Shown here: piece after piece, positions 1 through 8,098 of the stretch
Layout of the letters: each line of letters opens with the position of its first letter
How positions within the stretch are numbered: the first letter of the stretch is position 1
Assembly: GCA_043427975.1 (NCBI GenBank)
Contig: JBHWTK010000026.1
Location: 915-64,914, forward strand
From: Chloroflexia bacterium
GTDB taxonomy: Bacteria; Chloroflexota; Chloroflexia; Thermomicrobiales; UBA6265
Direction of reading: 5' to 3'
Length of the DNA: 64,000 nucleotides
Notes under the pieces: model-generated
The model's input: only the letters and a program-made list of their open reading frames with translations
Databases searched by the model: none
Told to the model about the DNA's origin: nothing
Translations under genes and position numbers: made by a program

Positions 1-1
1 G

Positions 2-208
2 CACTACGCGCCGGGATATGACTTCGGGTATTTTCTCAGCCGCTTTCTGGATTTGGAGGACGATCTGGCCAGGATACTGGGGCGGCCAGCCCAGCTTGTG
101 ATGACAAGCGCCTTGAAGAAAGAGTCGTTTCGGAACAACGCCAGCAGGACAAGGACCATAATCTATGTCCGAGATGCGAGCGTCCTGCCAATATCCGTGA
201 AAACCTGA
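2..208 (+). CDS. 3' end of a gene truncated by the window edge (product not recognised)
   Basis: Frame 2 is open from the window edge to TGA 206-208 (...RTIIYVRDASVLPISVKT*). It is absent from the ORF track because its start lies outside the window. Confidence 0.35.
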   Translation, partial: HYAPGYDFGYFLSRFLDLEDDLARILGRPAQLVMTSALKKESFRNNASRTRTIIYVRDASVLPISVKT

Positions 209-230
209 AGTAGCACCGAAGACGAAACGC

Positions 231-268
231 CAAAGACAAATGAAGAGGGGGACCTTACGGTCCCCCTC
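231..268 (-). terminator. Intrinsic terminator of hsp20
   Basis: Hairpin GAGGGGGACC-TTAC-GGTCCCCCTC at 245-268. On the minus strand it starts 5 nt after the hsp20 stop and is followed by TTCATTTGTCTTT. Confidence 0.7.
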
Positions 269-273
269 GTGTG

Positions 274-831
274 CTACTCGCTCTTCCGCTGTTTGTTGGA
301 TGTACCCGATTCTTCCTTGCTGCCCTGGCCGCTTCCCACGGTAATTTCCGGGAACCGGCTTTCCATCACCTGCAGTGACACCTTGCGGGGCTTCGAGGCC
401 TCCAGCTTGGGGAGCACTACGCGGAGCATACCGTTGGAGAACTGGGCCTCCACTCCCTCCTCATCAATCGGGAACGGGAGTGTAATGCTGCGCTCGAACG
501 AGCCCCTCGGGACTTCGGCGAGGTACCAGGAAACCGGATCGCCCTTTTCGTCCTGCTGCTTGCGCTCGCCACTGACCTTACCGGTAATGGTGAGGGTGTC
601 CTTGTCGACCGAAACACTGGCGTCATCCGGATGAATGCCCGGCATGGCCGCAAGCACAACGGCATGATCGTTGGTCGCGTAGCAGTCCACCAGCATGCCC
701 ATTGTCAGGTCGCCGTTCGAGCTGGATGTCGAGCGGTTGGATTGAAGGGGCAGCCGGGTCGCCTGGTTGAAAGCGCTATTGAACGAATCAAGGATGGAAA
801 GAACGTCGTACAGTGGAGATTGACGAATCAT
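274..831 (-). CDS. Hsp20/alpha-crystallin family small heat-shock protein
   Basis: 185-aa ORF with an alpha-crystallin domain pattern (VDKDTLTITGKV...FERSITLPFPID...AQFSNGMLRVVLPK). AGGAGG RBS lies 8 nt upstream of the ATG. Confidence 0.93.
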   Translation of the reverse strand: MIRQSPLYDVLSILDSFNSAFNQATRLPLQSNRSTSSSNGDLTMGMLVDCYATNDHAVVLAAMPGIHPDDASVSVDKDTLTITGKVSGERKQQDEKGDPVSWYLAEVPRGSFERSITLPFPIDEEGVEAQFSNGMLRVVLPKLEASKPRKVSLQVMESRFPEITVGSGQGSKEESGTSNKQRKSE

Positions 832-906
832 GGTAAAAACCTCCTTTGCCCAATTCGAATTTCTCCGAACTAACCAGAGGTGGCCTTATGGCCGACCGTC
901 ACCTAC

Positions 907-935
907 AGTATAGGAATGCTTCCCGGTTTTGTCAA
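907..935 (-). promoter_or_regulatory. Near-consensus sigma-70 promoter of hsp20
   Basis: On the minus strand: TTGACA (935-930), 17-nt spacer, TATACT (912-907). It would give a ~70-nt leader before the hsp20 ATG at 831. Confidence 0.65.
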
Positions 936-990
936 CACTCCTTCATACTTCGACTCAACTATCTGATTTGTTGGCGGGAATACCTGGCGA

Positions 991-2316
991 TCAGTCGAGC
1001 CATGTCCAGGGCTCAGTCGGGTACTCCCCGTCCCGAAGCACATCCAGCAAATCAGCGAGTCCGATGGGATAAACCTGATCGTAACTGGCGCGAATATCAT
1101 CTGCAGAGAACCACCGCTGGGCGGTGTAATCCTGAAACTCGTAGGGGAGCATGTTCCCGATGTGAGGGAGTTGTCCGTTCAGACGGGCAACGAAATAGCG
1201 CTCCTGCGCAAGAGTCGGGATCCCGGCAATCATGCCAAGCGCCTCGCGCGTCGCCACCACAGGGCTAAGCCGCACATCGTCAATACCGCATTCCTCCCAC
1301 AGTTCGCGTCGGGCGGTATCCTCCCAGCTTTCCCCCTCCTCTACCCCGCCACCCGGCAGGATCCATCGCGGTCGAACCGGATCGTTGATCCGGAAAAGCC
1401 AAACCCTGGAATCCGCATCAAGCAGGATGATGCGCGAGCTCCGGCGCACCGGCGGGCCGGAGGCGAGCAAGTCGCGTTCCTCTACCAGCGCCTGGATGTT
1501 CTCGAGGTGCATTGCCGAGGCGAGTTCAGATGCCGCCCGGTGTTCATCCAGTTCGTGCAGCACACGGGCAGCGATTTCCTCGGCGCCCTCCCCTTCCCGG
1601 GCCTGGCAAACGGCAGGACCGAGCGCTTCCAGGTATCGGCGATCAGCATCAAGGCGGCGCTGTGCTTCGCCCTGGTTGGCGGGCGAGCCATGGCCGGGCA
1701 CGATCCACTCCACCCGGTCTATCACCGTCTGAAGTCGATCCAGCGTCTGCAGGTAGATGGCAACGCCGCGGCTACCACCGTCGACGCTGGGGATCTCGAT
1801 ATCGCTCAGGGTATCGGCAACAAAGGCCACCCCGTGCTCCGGCAGGAGAAGCGCTGCCTGGCCATCGGCATGGCCAGGCACGGGCATAAGTTCGCAGGCG
1901 ATGCTGGCAATACTCCCCCGCCCCCACGGCATTGGCTGCTCCGTGAACAGCAGCGAGTCATCCCACGAATCCGTCAGGCCAAACGCTCTTTCTGCATCTG
2001 CGAGGCTCTTCCGGATCCGGTTGGAATCGCTATTCAGCAACGCCACGGTTTCCGTGCTGGCGTACCGGGGTACATCAATACCGAAACCGGCCTGCCAGAG
2101 CACATGGTCCCAATGGGCATGGGTGGAGAATCCGGCAAAGACCTCGCTGGAAGCCGCAGCAATGGCATCCATCTCCTCCGGGTAAATACCGGGGTCAATG
2201 AGCAAGGTTCCCTGCGGCCCCTGCACGATGCCGGTATTGGTTTGCCACAAACGGGATTGATGAAGGGACACATGAGGCGTGAGCTTCTGCATGGGGCCAC
2301 CTCGATAGAAGCGCAT
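991..2316 (-). CDS. MBL-fold metallo-hydrolase fused to a C-terminal NUDIX hydrolase domain
   Basis: N-terminal HxHxDH motif (THAHWDH). C-terminal Nudix box GGGVEEGESWEDTARRELWEECG. Single uninterrupted 441-aa ORF; the start may be M9 (2292). Confidence 0.85.
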   Translation of the reverse strand: MRFYRGGPMQKLTPHVSLHQSRLWQTNTGIVQGPQGTLLIDPGIYPEEMDAIAAASSEVFAGFSTHAHWDHVLWQAGFGIDVPRYASTETVALLNSDSNRIRKSLADAERAFGLTDSWDDSLLFTEQPMPWGRGSIASIACELMPVPGHADGQAALLLPEHGVAFVADTLSDIEIPSVDGGSRGVAIYLQTLDRLQTVIDRVEWIVPGHGSPANQGEAQRRLDADRRYLEALGPAVCQAREGEGAEEIAARVLHELDEHRAASELASAMHLENIQALVEERDLLASGPPVRRSSRIILLDADSRVWLFRINDPVRPRWILPGGGVEEGESWEDTARRELWEECGIDDVRLSPVVATREALGMIAGIPTLAQERYFVARLNGQLPHIGNMLPYEFQDYTAQRWFSADDIRASYDQVYPIGLADLLDVLRDGEYPTEPWTWLD

Positions 2317-2360
2317 GGTATGACGGACACTGGGGTTAGTCGCGGGCTATCGGGAGGATT

Positions 2361-4142
2361 CTAGTTCCCGCCCTCGATCGGAGCCGGAGTGCTGACAGGT
2401 TCAGGTTCCTCATCCTGCTGCTCGCGGGTGTAATCTTCCAGGGTCCAGGCATCGCCGGCAGGATCCCAAGCATCATTTCCCAAGATTACGACGATATCGT
2501 AACCATAGTATCCACTCCCGATAGCAGATTCACGGGCCGGGTCTCCGAACGTGATCGTGTCCTGCCCAACGCTGATCAACTCGGACACCAGGGCACTGGT
2601 ACCGAGGTTGCCTTCGACATCGAGGATGGTAGAGCGATCGTAGTTGCCTACGTCTTCCGCGGTATCAACGGATATCTGCCAGAACCCGTTGTATTCCAGC
2701 ACGGTGCCGACACGGCCGGCAAGGCCACGGTTATTGGTGCCGTTAATAATGAGGATACGGGCGCCATAATCGGGGTTCATGTATGCCGCCCCAGGTGAAG
2801 ACACGCTGTAGCCGACGAAATCGCTCAACAGATCCTCCATCAGGAGCCAGTCGACACTGAGGTAGTAGATTCCGTTGTCTCCAATATCTTCGTATAGCGC
2901 CGGCATAACCGGTATTTGTGTGATCCGATCGCGCGGAATCTCGAGGCCAACCTGAGCCAGCTTGATTGCATCGGTAATTGAAATGTCGGTGCGAACAGTG
3001 TCGCCGAAATCGGTAATCAGCTTTGGCAACTGCGTAATGATGTCGGGATTCAGGTGCTGATCGCGCAGGGCCAGCAATACCTGTTGCTGCCTGGCAGCGC
3101 GGCTGGCGTCGCCATCCTGGTGACGGGTGCGCGCATAGATCAGCGCTTCCTCGCCATCGAGGTGCTGCCATCCGGCCGGGAAGTAGATGCGCTGGTAATT
3201 GAAGTTTTCCGCCGGGTAGGTGTTGTCCATAATCGGGTAGGGGACATCAACGTAAATGCCGCCCACGGTATCGATCATCTGGACGAAGCCGTTGAAATCG
3301 ATCTGCACGAAGCCATGGATCGGGATACCGAAATTGGCTTCAATGGTACGGATCATGAGTCCCGCACCCCCGCCCTGCACCTTGTTGTAATCCCCGAGCG
3401 CAAAGGCGGCATTGATTTTGTCGATACCGTACCCGGGGATCACCACCTTTACATCGCGCGGGATCGACATGATGCTGGCTGACTTGTTCCTGGGATCGAT
3501 GTTCACAAGCATGATCGTGTCAGTACGGCTCGAACCATCCGACGAGGAAAGATCGGCACCGAGGAGCAGGATCGTGATGCGATCTTCACCGTTCCAGTGG
3601 GAGATACCCTGGTCCGGCGTGCGCTCCACCAGTTCCGGGGTTCCCTCACGGTTGAGCTGGGCCACCAGCGACGATTCGTTGTGCTGGATATTGCCGACCT
3701 GTACATCCCGGTAGGCCCGGAACGATGAGAACAACACGGGTGTGAGGATAATGAGTGCCACCATCGCCAGGATGGACGGCACACCGATGACGGGCCAGAA
3801 CCACTTGCGGCGCGTAAGTCGTTTCCACCGGCTGGAGGTGCCGAGCGTGCGAGATTGCGCAGCCCGCGCCCGCAGGAGATCTTGCGCCAGCTGTGTATTC
3901 GGCAGGGCGGCTGCTACCGCCCGGGGTGCCCGGGATGGTGGTTGTTGCCGGTAACGGGTATCCGGCCCGGCCTGCGGCGATGCCGCCTGGCCTGAGGAGG
4001 CATGGAGGCGTGCATACCGTTCACTCCGCGATCGGGGCCGCTGCTCCTGTTGCGGTGCACGGGGCGGCTGAGGCCGCTGCCTACGCCGGCGCAGGTAGTC
4101 GTTCTGGTGCGGGGGCCGGTTGTAGGGTTCACGGTCGGGCAT
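2361..4142 (-). CDS. LytR-CpsA-Psr (LCP) family cell-envelope phosphotransferase
   Basis: Pro/Arg/Gln-rich cytoplasmic tail, one TM helix, then an LCP core (ILLLGAD...RTDTIMLVNIDP...SIPRD...INAAFALG) and a LytR_C-like C-terminus. Confidence 0.88.
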   Translation of the reverse strand: MPDREPYNRPPHQNDYLRRRRQRPQPPRAPQQEQRPRSRSERYARLHASSGQAASPQAGPDTRYRQQPPSRAPRAVAAALPNTQLAQDLLRARAAQSRTLGTSSRWKRLTRRKWFWPVIGVPSILAMVALIILTPVLFSSFRAYRDVQVGNIQHNESSLVAQLNREGTPELVERTPDQGISHWNGEDRITILLLGADLSSSDGSSRTDTIMLVNIDPRNKSASIMSIPRDVKVVIPGYGIDKINAAFALGDYNKVQGGGAGLMIRTIEANFGIPIHGFVQIDFNGFVQMIDTVGGIYVDVPYPIMDNTYPAENFNYQRIYFPAGWQHLDGEEALIYARTRHQDGDASRAARQQQVLLALRDQHLNPDIITQLPKLITDFGDTVRTDISITDAIKLAQVGLEIPRDRITQIPVMPALYEDIGDNGIYYLSVDWLLMEDLLSDFVGYSVSSPGAAYMNPDYGARILIINGTNNRGLAGRVGTVLEYNGFWQISVDTAEDVGNYDRSTILDVEGNLGTSALVSELISVGQDTITFGDPARESAIGSGYYGYDIVVILGNDAWDPAGDAWTLEDYTREQQDEEPEPVSTPAPIEGGN

Positions 4143-4272
4143 GGAAGGCAGGGCAGGGGATAGGCCGAACGGACGTTTGCACGCAGTCTACCATTATGAG
4201 GCTCGCGGTCGCGGCGCAGCGCCCGGATCGAGAGGGAGCCGAGTGGCATGGACGGTCGGCTGCTGGCCGCGA

Positions 4273-4281
4273 TGCTAGAAT
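4273..4281 (+). promoter_or_regulatory. Possible extended -10 promoter of ndk
   Basis: TGCTAGAAT (TGnTAnAAT) about 60 nt upstream of the ndk ATG. No clear -35. Confidence 0.4.
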
Positions 4282-4340
4282 GAACCCGACGAGCGTGCGG
4301 ACACCGGTGTTCGCAATACCCATGATGGAGTACCAACGCA

Positions 4341-4802
4341 ATGGCAAATATCGAGCGATCGCTGGTGATTGTGAAGCCCGACGCAGTACAGCGCGGCCTG
4401 ATCGGCGAGATCATCTCGCGCTACGAGAAGCGTGGCCTGAAGGTTGTGGCCATGAAGTTCGAGCAGGTTTCCGAGGAAACCGCCGGCAAGCACTATGGCG
4501 AGCACAAGGGCAAGCCGTTTTACGAGGGCCTGGTGAGCTACATCACCAGCTCGCCGAGCGTGTTGATGGTGATTGAGGGTCCGGATGCGGTCAGCATCGT
4601 GCGCACCACCAACGGTGCCACCAAGCCGGCCGAAGCCGCCCCGGGTACGATCCGCGCCGATTTCGGTGTGACCATCGGCCGGAACCTCGTGCATGCGTCT
4701 GATTCCGTCGAGAGCGCAGCTCGCGAGGTCGAGATCTTCTTCGGTGATGGCGGTATCGTGGAGTACACCCGCGCTATCGATGCCTGGATCGTCGAAGACT
4801 AA
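4341..4802 (+). CDS. ndk: Nucleoside diphosphate kinase
   Basis: 153-aa ORF. The N-terminus ERSLVIVKPDAVQRGLIGEIISRYEKRGLKVVAMKF and the active-site region NLVHASDS are typical of Ndk. Confidence 0.97.
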   Translation: MANIERSLVIVKPDAVQRGLIGEIISRYEKRGLKVVAMKFEQVSEETAGKHYGEHKGKPFYEGLVSYITSSPSVLMVIEGPDAVSIVRTTNGATKPAEAAPGTIRADFGVTIGRNLVHASDSVESAAREVEIFFGDGGIVEYTRAIDAWIVED

Positions 4803-4841
4803 TCAGTAACCGGGTAACCAGGACTGCCACCGGGCCGGGAT

Positions 4842-4861
4842 GTGTTTCATGTGAAACATCT
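4842..4861. promoter_or_regulatory. 20-nt palindrome-containing motif, copy 1 (candidate operator)
   Basis: GTGTTTCATGTGAAACATCT, containing the inverted repeat TGTTTCA-TG-TGAAACA. An identical copy lies 86 bp downstream. Confidence 0.4.
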
Positions 4862-4927
4862 CCTGGCCCGTTCGTTTGGGCCTGGCTCGGTTCCCGGTTC
4901 CCGATCGCAAGCACGAAATGGCCACTG

Positions 4928-4947
4928 GTGTTTCATGTGAAACATCT
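4928..4947. promoter_or_regulatory. 20-nt palindrome-containing motif, copy 2 (candidate operator)
   Basis: Exact repeat of 4842-4861, about 180 nt upstream of the dcd start. Confidence 0.4.
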
Positions 4948-5128
4948 AGCGCCAGTCCGTGAAGGCATGTGGCTCCCTCTGCCAACATCCCGAAAAAGGC
5001 CACCGCTGCACGACCAAACCTCCGCCCGCCCGGTAGGGGACAGACTGCGGTAAACTACCTTCCAGTACGCCGCATTATGCGGCAGTGTATCGACTATGCC
5101 GTGATTGCTGGAAGCGAGCCGATTGCAG

Positions 5129-5713
5129 ATGGTGTTATCAGACCGCGATATCCTTGTCGCCCTGGAGCAGGGCCGGATCAAGATCGACCCCGCACCGGAC
5201 CTCGAGAAGCAACTGGGGTCGGTATCCGTCGATTTCCGCCTCGGGAACACCTTTATGGTGTTCGAGCACAGCCGCTTCAGCTACATCGATCCCCGCCACC
5301 CGCAATCTATCGGCGATGCCATGCGCACGATCACCGTGGAGGATGACGAGGCATTCATCATGCAGCCGGGTGATTTCGCACTGGCCAGCACTAAGGAATC
5401 GCTCGAACTCTCCAACGACCTGCTTGGTCGCCTGGAAGGCCGCAGCAGCATTGCCCGCCTGGGCATTACGGTCCACAGCACCGCCGCGGTGTTCGAACCA
5501 GGCTGGATCGGGACAGCAACGATGGAGCTGAGTAACCTGGGCCGCATGCCGGTAGCCCTGTACCCGGGCATGCGCATCTGCGCATTCTCGTTCCAGGCGG
5601 TCTCAAGCCCGGTGATGACCCAGTATCGAGACAAGAAGGGCAACAAGTACGCTGGCCAGATCGACCCGCGTGCAAGCCAATTATCCGAAGAGAACAAGGC
5701 CGGTAATCCGTAA
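5129..5713 (+). CDS. dcd: dCTP deaminase
   Basis: MVLSDRDILVALEQGRIKIDP... N-terminus and a length of ~194 aa are typical of Dcd. ATG 5129 lies inside the longer TTG-initiated track ORF (5105). Confidence 0.92.
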   Translation: MVLSDRDILVALEQGRIKIDPAPDLEKQLGSVSVDFRLGNTFMVFEHSRFSYIDPRHPQSIGDAMRTITVEDDEAFIMQPGDFALASTKESLELSNDLLGRLEGRSSIARLGITVHSTAAVFEPGWIGTATMELSNLGRMPVALYPGMRICAFSFQAVSSPVMTQYRDKKGNKYAGQIDPRASQLSEENKAGNP

Positions 5714-5732
5714 ACCGGAGAAGGGGAGCAGT

Positions 5733-6113
5733 ATGGGCAACCTGGCAGAGATCCGCAATCGATTCGTCCCGATCCTGAGGGTGGTGGCGAATCAGTATCA
5801 GGGCCGCGTACCGGAAGGGTATCCACATATCGTCGACAACGTGGATTCCGGCATGGTTGGGCTCGAACTCGATCCTAACTACGCTGTGTATATCACGGAG
5901 GATAACGACGGCGTTTTCGCCGAACTCTACCGGCGGGAACCGCGTATCGATTCGCGGGCGACCGCCAGCCGGCAGAAGTATGGTGGTGCTCCCAATAGCG
6001 ACCGGCGCCGGGTGGTTGATACCCTTACCGACCAGGAACTGCGCAACCTCGTTGCAGAGCTCAAGAACTCCTTCAACACGCAGCCCGGCCTCATCTACAT
6101 CACCGACGACTGA
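5733..6113 (+). CDS. Hypothetical protein (126 aa)
   Basis: ATG 5733 is preceded by GGAGAAGGGGAG. It lies 20 nt after dcd and is followed by a hairpin at 6141-6164. No family recognised. Confidence 0.65.
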   Translation: MGNLAEIRNRFVPILRVVANQYQGRVPEGYPHIVDNVDSGMVGLELDPNYAVYITEDNDGVFAELYRREPRIDSRATASRQKYGGAPNSDRRRVVDTLTDQELRNLVAELKNSFNTQPGLIYITDD

Positions 6114-6140
6114 TCGATCCCTCATCCGCTAGTACAGACA

Positions 6141-6164
6141 ACAGCCCGCCTGTCGGCGGGCTGT
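6141..6164 (+). terminator. Hairpin downstream of the dcd-linked gene
   Basis: ACAGCCCGCC-TGTC-GGCGGGCTGT, 10-bp perfect stem. The T-tract (GGTTTTG) is displaced by 12 nt, so terminator strength is uncertain. Confidence 0.5.
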
Positions 6165-6291
6165 TGCGTATCCGGTTTTGTTGGACTGGCGTGATCCTGT
6201 CGTTGCCAGGGAACTCACGGAACCAGAAGTAGCGGACATCCAACGGGCTGAGCTGCCGGCCTCCATATCATGCGGTTCACGCTCCCAGGCC

Positions 6292-6672
6292 CTACTCGGA
6301 TGAGCCACCACCATCCGAACCACCGTCCGAACTGCTGGAATCGGAGCCGCTGTCGGACGTTCCTCCCACCGACGGCGTAGCCGCAGGTTCCGGGACATCG
6401 CTACCAGGAGCTGGCTCGTCTGTTTGCTCCCGAATATGCTGGGTTTCGTGGGATCCGGCAATGCCAGCCTCCTGCGAACGGGCCGCCTTGCGGGCGGCTA
6501 CCTCTTCAGGGCTGAGCGCCGCCTTCCTTTTGACGCCAATCTGCGCGTCTTTACGGTTTGCCCGTTTCCGCTTGTTCGCCTGGTCGATGGTCCATAATGT
6601 GACGACGACCGCGATGATCAGCGGCACCACAATCACAATAACGATTAGCAGGAACCATTCGAACGTGGTCAT
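6292..6672 (-). CDS. Small single-pass membrane protein with Ser/Gly/Asp-rich tail
   Basis: The ORF extends to GTG 6687. ATG 6672 has a GGAGA RBS 4 nt upstream. N-terminal TM helix FEWFLLIVIVIVVPLIIAVVVTLW. No family recognised. Confidence 0.6.
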   Translation of the reverse strand: MTTFEWFLLIVIVIVVPLIIAVVVTLWTIDQANKRKRANRKDAQIGVKRKAALSPEEVAARKAARSQEAGIAGSHETQHIREQTDEPAPGSDVPEPAATPSVGGTSDSGSDSSSSDGGSDGGGSSE

Positions 6673-6720
6673 ATCGTCTCCGGGCACGTAGGCTTTATTT
6701 ATGGCACTATAGTAAACAGC

Positions 6721-6748
6721 AATGCCGCCGGGCTAACCCGGCGGCATT
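6721..6748 (-). terminator. Terminator of the pdh operon
   Basis: AATGCCGCCGGG-CTAA-CCCGGCGGCATT, 12-bp stem, 12 nt after the E2 stop on the minus strand, followed by GCTGTTTACT. Confidence 0.65.
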
Positions 6749-6760
6749 GGCATTCTCTTC

Positions 6761-8095
6761 TTATCCGACCGCCAGCAGTACCGGGTTCTCCAGGTACGTC
6801 CGAACGGATTGCAGGAACGAGGCGACCTCCGCACCATCCAGCGCGCGATGATCGGCGCTCAGGGTGATGGTCATCTGGTTGCCAATGGTGATCTCGCCAT
6901 TCTTCACCACCGGAACTTCCGCTACCGAGCCAACCGCGAGGATAGCGACCTGCGGCGGGTTGATAACGGCGATGAACTCGCTGACATCGAACATGCCCAG
7001 GTTGCTGATGGTGAAGGTACCGCCCTGGTATTCCTCCAGCTTCAGGCCACCCTCGCGGGCGCGCTTGCCGAGGTCCTTGGCCATCTTGCTGATGGTGCCG
7101 AGGCTCTTCTCGTTGGCTGCCGGGATGAACGGGGCAATCAGGCCACCATCCATCGCGATCGCGATGTTGATATCGATGCTGTCCTGCTGGTACAGGTCGC
7201 CATCGACGAAGGTGCGATTCACGTTTGGATGCTCTACCAGGGCCATGGCCGCGGCCTTGATGATCAGGTCGTTCACGCTGATCTTCACGCCGCTGGCTTC
7301 CAGCTGGGCATTGGTGTTCTTGCGGAATTCCAGCGCAGCCGTCATATCGATGCTGGCACTCACGTAGTAATGGGGGATGAACGCCTTGCTCTCGCTCATG
7401 CGATCGCCGGTGACCCGCTTGATCTTCGGCATGTCCACCTTCGTGCCAGTAACGGCATACGAGGGGGCAGCCGCTCGAGCAGCCGGTGCAGCGGAGGTCG
7501 TCGCGGGCTCGGCAGTTTTCGCCTCACCGGCGGCGGTGGGCATGGGCTTGCTGCCATCCAGGTATGGCTGGATATCGCGCTTCACGATGCGGCCATCCGG
7601 GCCGGAGCCACTGACAAGGCCGAGATCGAGGCCAGCTTCTTCCGCCAGCCGCTTCACCAACGGACTGGCGCGGAATTTGTCATTACGCTGGACACTTTCA
7701 CCCTGGGCCTGGGGGGCTGGTGCTGGAGCCTCTTCGGACTGCTGCTCCCCACCCATTGCCTCGAGTTCTTCTCGCGTGCCTTCGTCAACGGAAGCTTCAC
7801 CAATTGCCTCGGCTTCCTCGGCGGATTTCGCGGCCGGCTTCTCGCCCTTGCCAACTTCATCCTGCGCGCCGATGGTGGCAACCACCTCGCCGATCGGGAC
7901 AACATCGCCTTCGTCGACAAACACATTGGTGAGGAAGCCGCTTTCCTGGGCTTCCATCTCCAGTGTGATCTTGTCGGTTTCGATTTCCGCGAGGGGATCA
8001 CCCTCGGAAACCTCATCACCCACGGCCTTCAGCCACTTGATGAGGGTTCCTTCCTCCATAGCGTCGCCCATTTTGGGCATGATTACTTCAGCCAT
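6761..8095 (-). CDS. pdhC: Dihydrolipoamide acyltransferase (E2) of a 2-oxoacid/pyruvate dehydrogenase complex
   Basis: Lipoyl motif EIETDKITLEMEA, E3/E1-binding domain ASPLVKRLAEEAGLDLGLVSGSGPDGRIVKRDI, and catalytic motif SADHRALDG. Confidence 0.95.
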   Translation of the reverse strand: MAEVIMPKMGDAMEEGTLIKWLKAVGDEVSEGDPLAEIETDKITLEMEAQESGFLTNVFVDEGDVVPIGEVVATIGAQDEVGKGEKPAAKSAEEAEAIGEASVDEGTREELEAMGGEQQSEEAPAPAPQAQGESVQRNDKFRASPLVKRLAEEAGLDLGLVSGSGPDGRIVKRDIQPYLDGSKPMPTAAGEAKTAEPATTSAAPAARAAAPSYAVTGTKVDMPKIKRVTGDRMSESKAFIPHYYVSASIDMTAALEFRKNTNAQLEASGVKISVNDLIIKAAAMALVEHPNVNRTFVDGDLYQQDSIDINIAIAMDGGLIAPFIPAANEKSLGTISKMAKDLGKRAREGGLKLEEYQGGTFTISNLGMFDVSEFIAVINPPQVAILAVGSVAEVPVVKNGEITIGNQMTITLSADHRALDGAEVASFLQSVRTYLENPVLLAVG

Positions 8096-8098
8096 GGG

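Noticed and set aside
1162-2364. Long plus-strand ORF (400 aa) antisense to the MBL-NUDIX gene. Similar long antisense ORFs occur at 6809-8374, 9308-10360, 14982-16028, 31507-32817, 36491-37564, 41976-43340, 43587-44666, 53089-54414, 55257-56180, 59059-60753 and 61521-62954.
   Set aside because: Each lies opposite a gene with clear family motifs. Their translations are Arg/Gly/Ala/His-rich low-complexity typical of high-GC shadow frames, and no RBS or family signature was seen.
5129-5713. dCTP deaminase as a nucleotide-depletion anti-phage defence gene.
   Set aside because: Its size (~194 aa) and sequence are those of housekeeping Dcd. It sits beside ndk and has no extra sensor or kinase domain of the kind found in defence-type deaminases.
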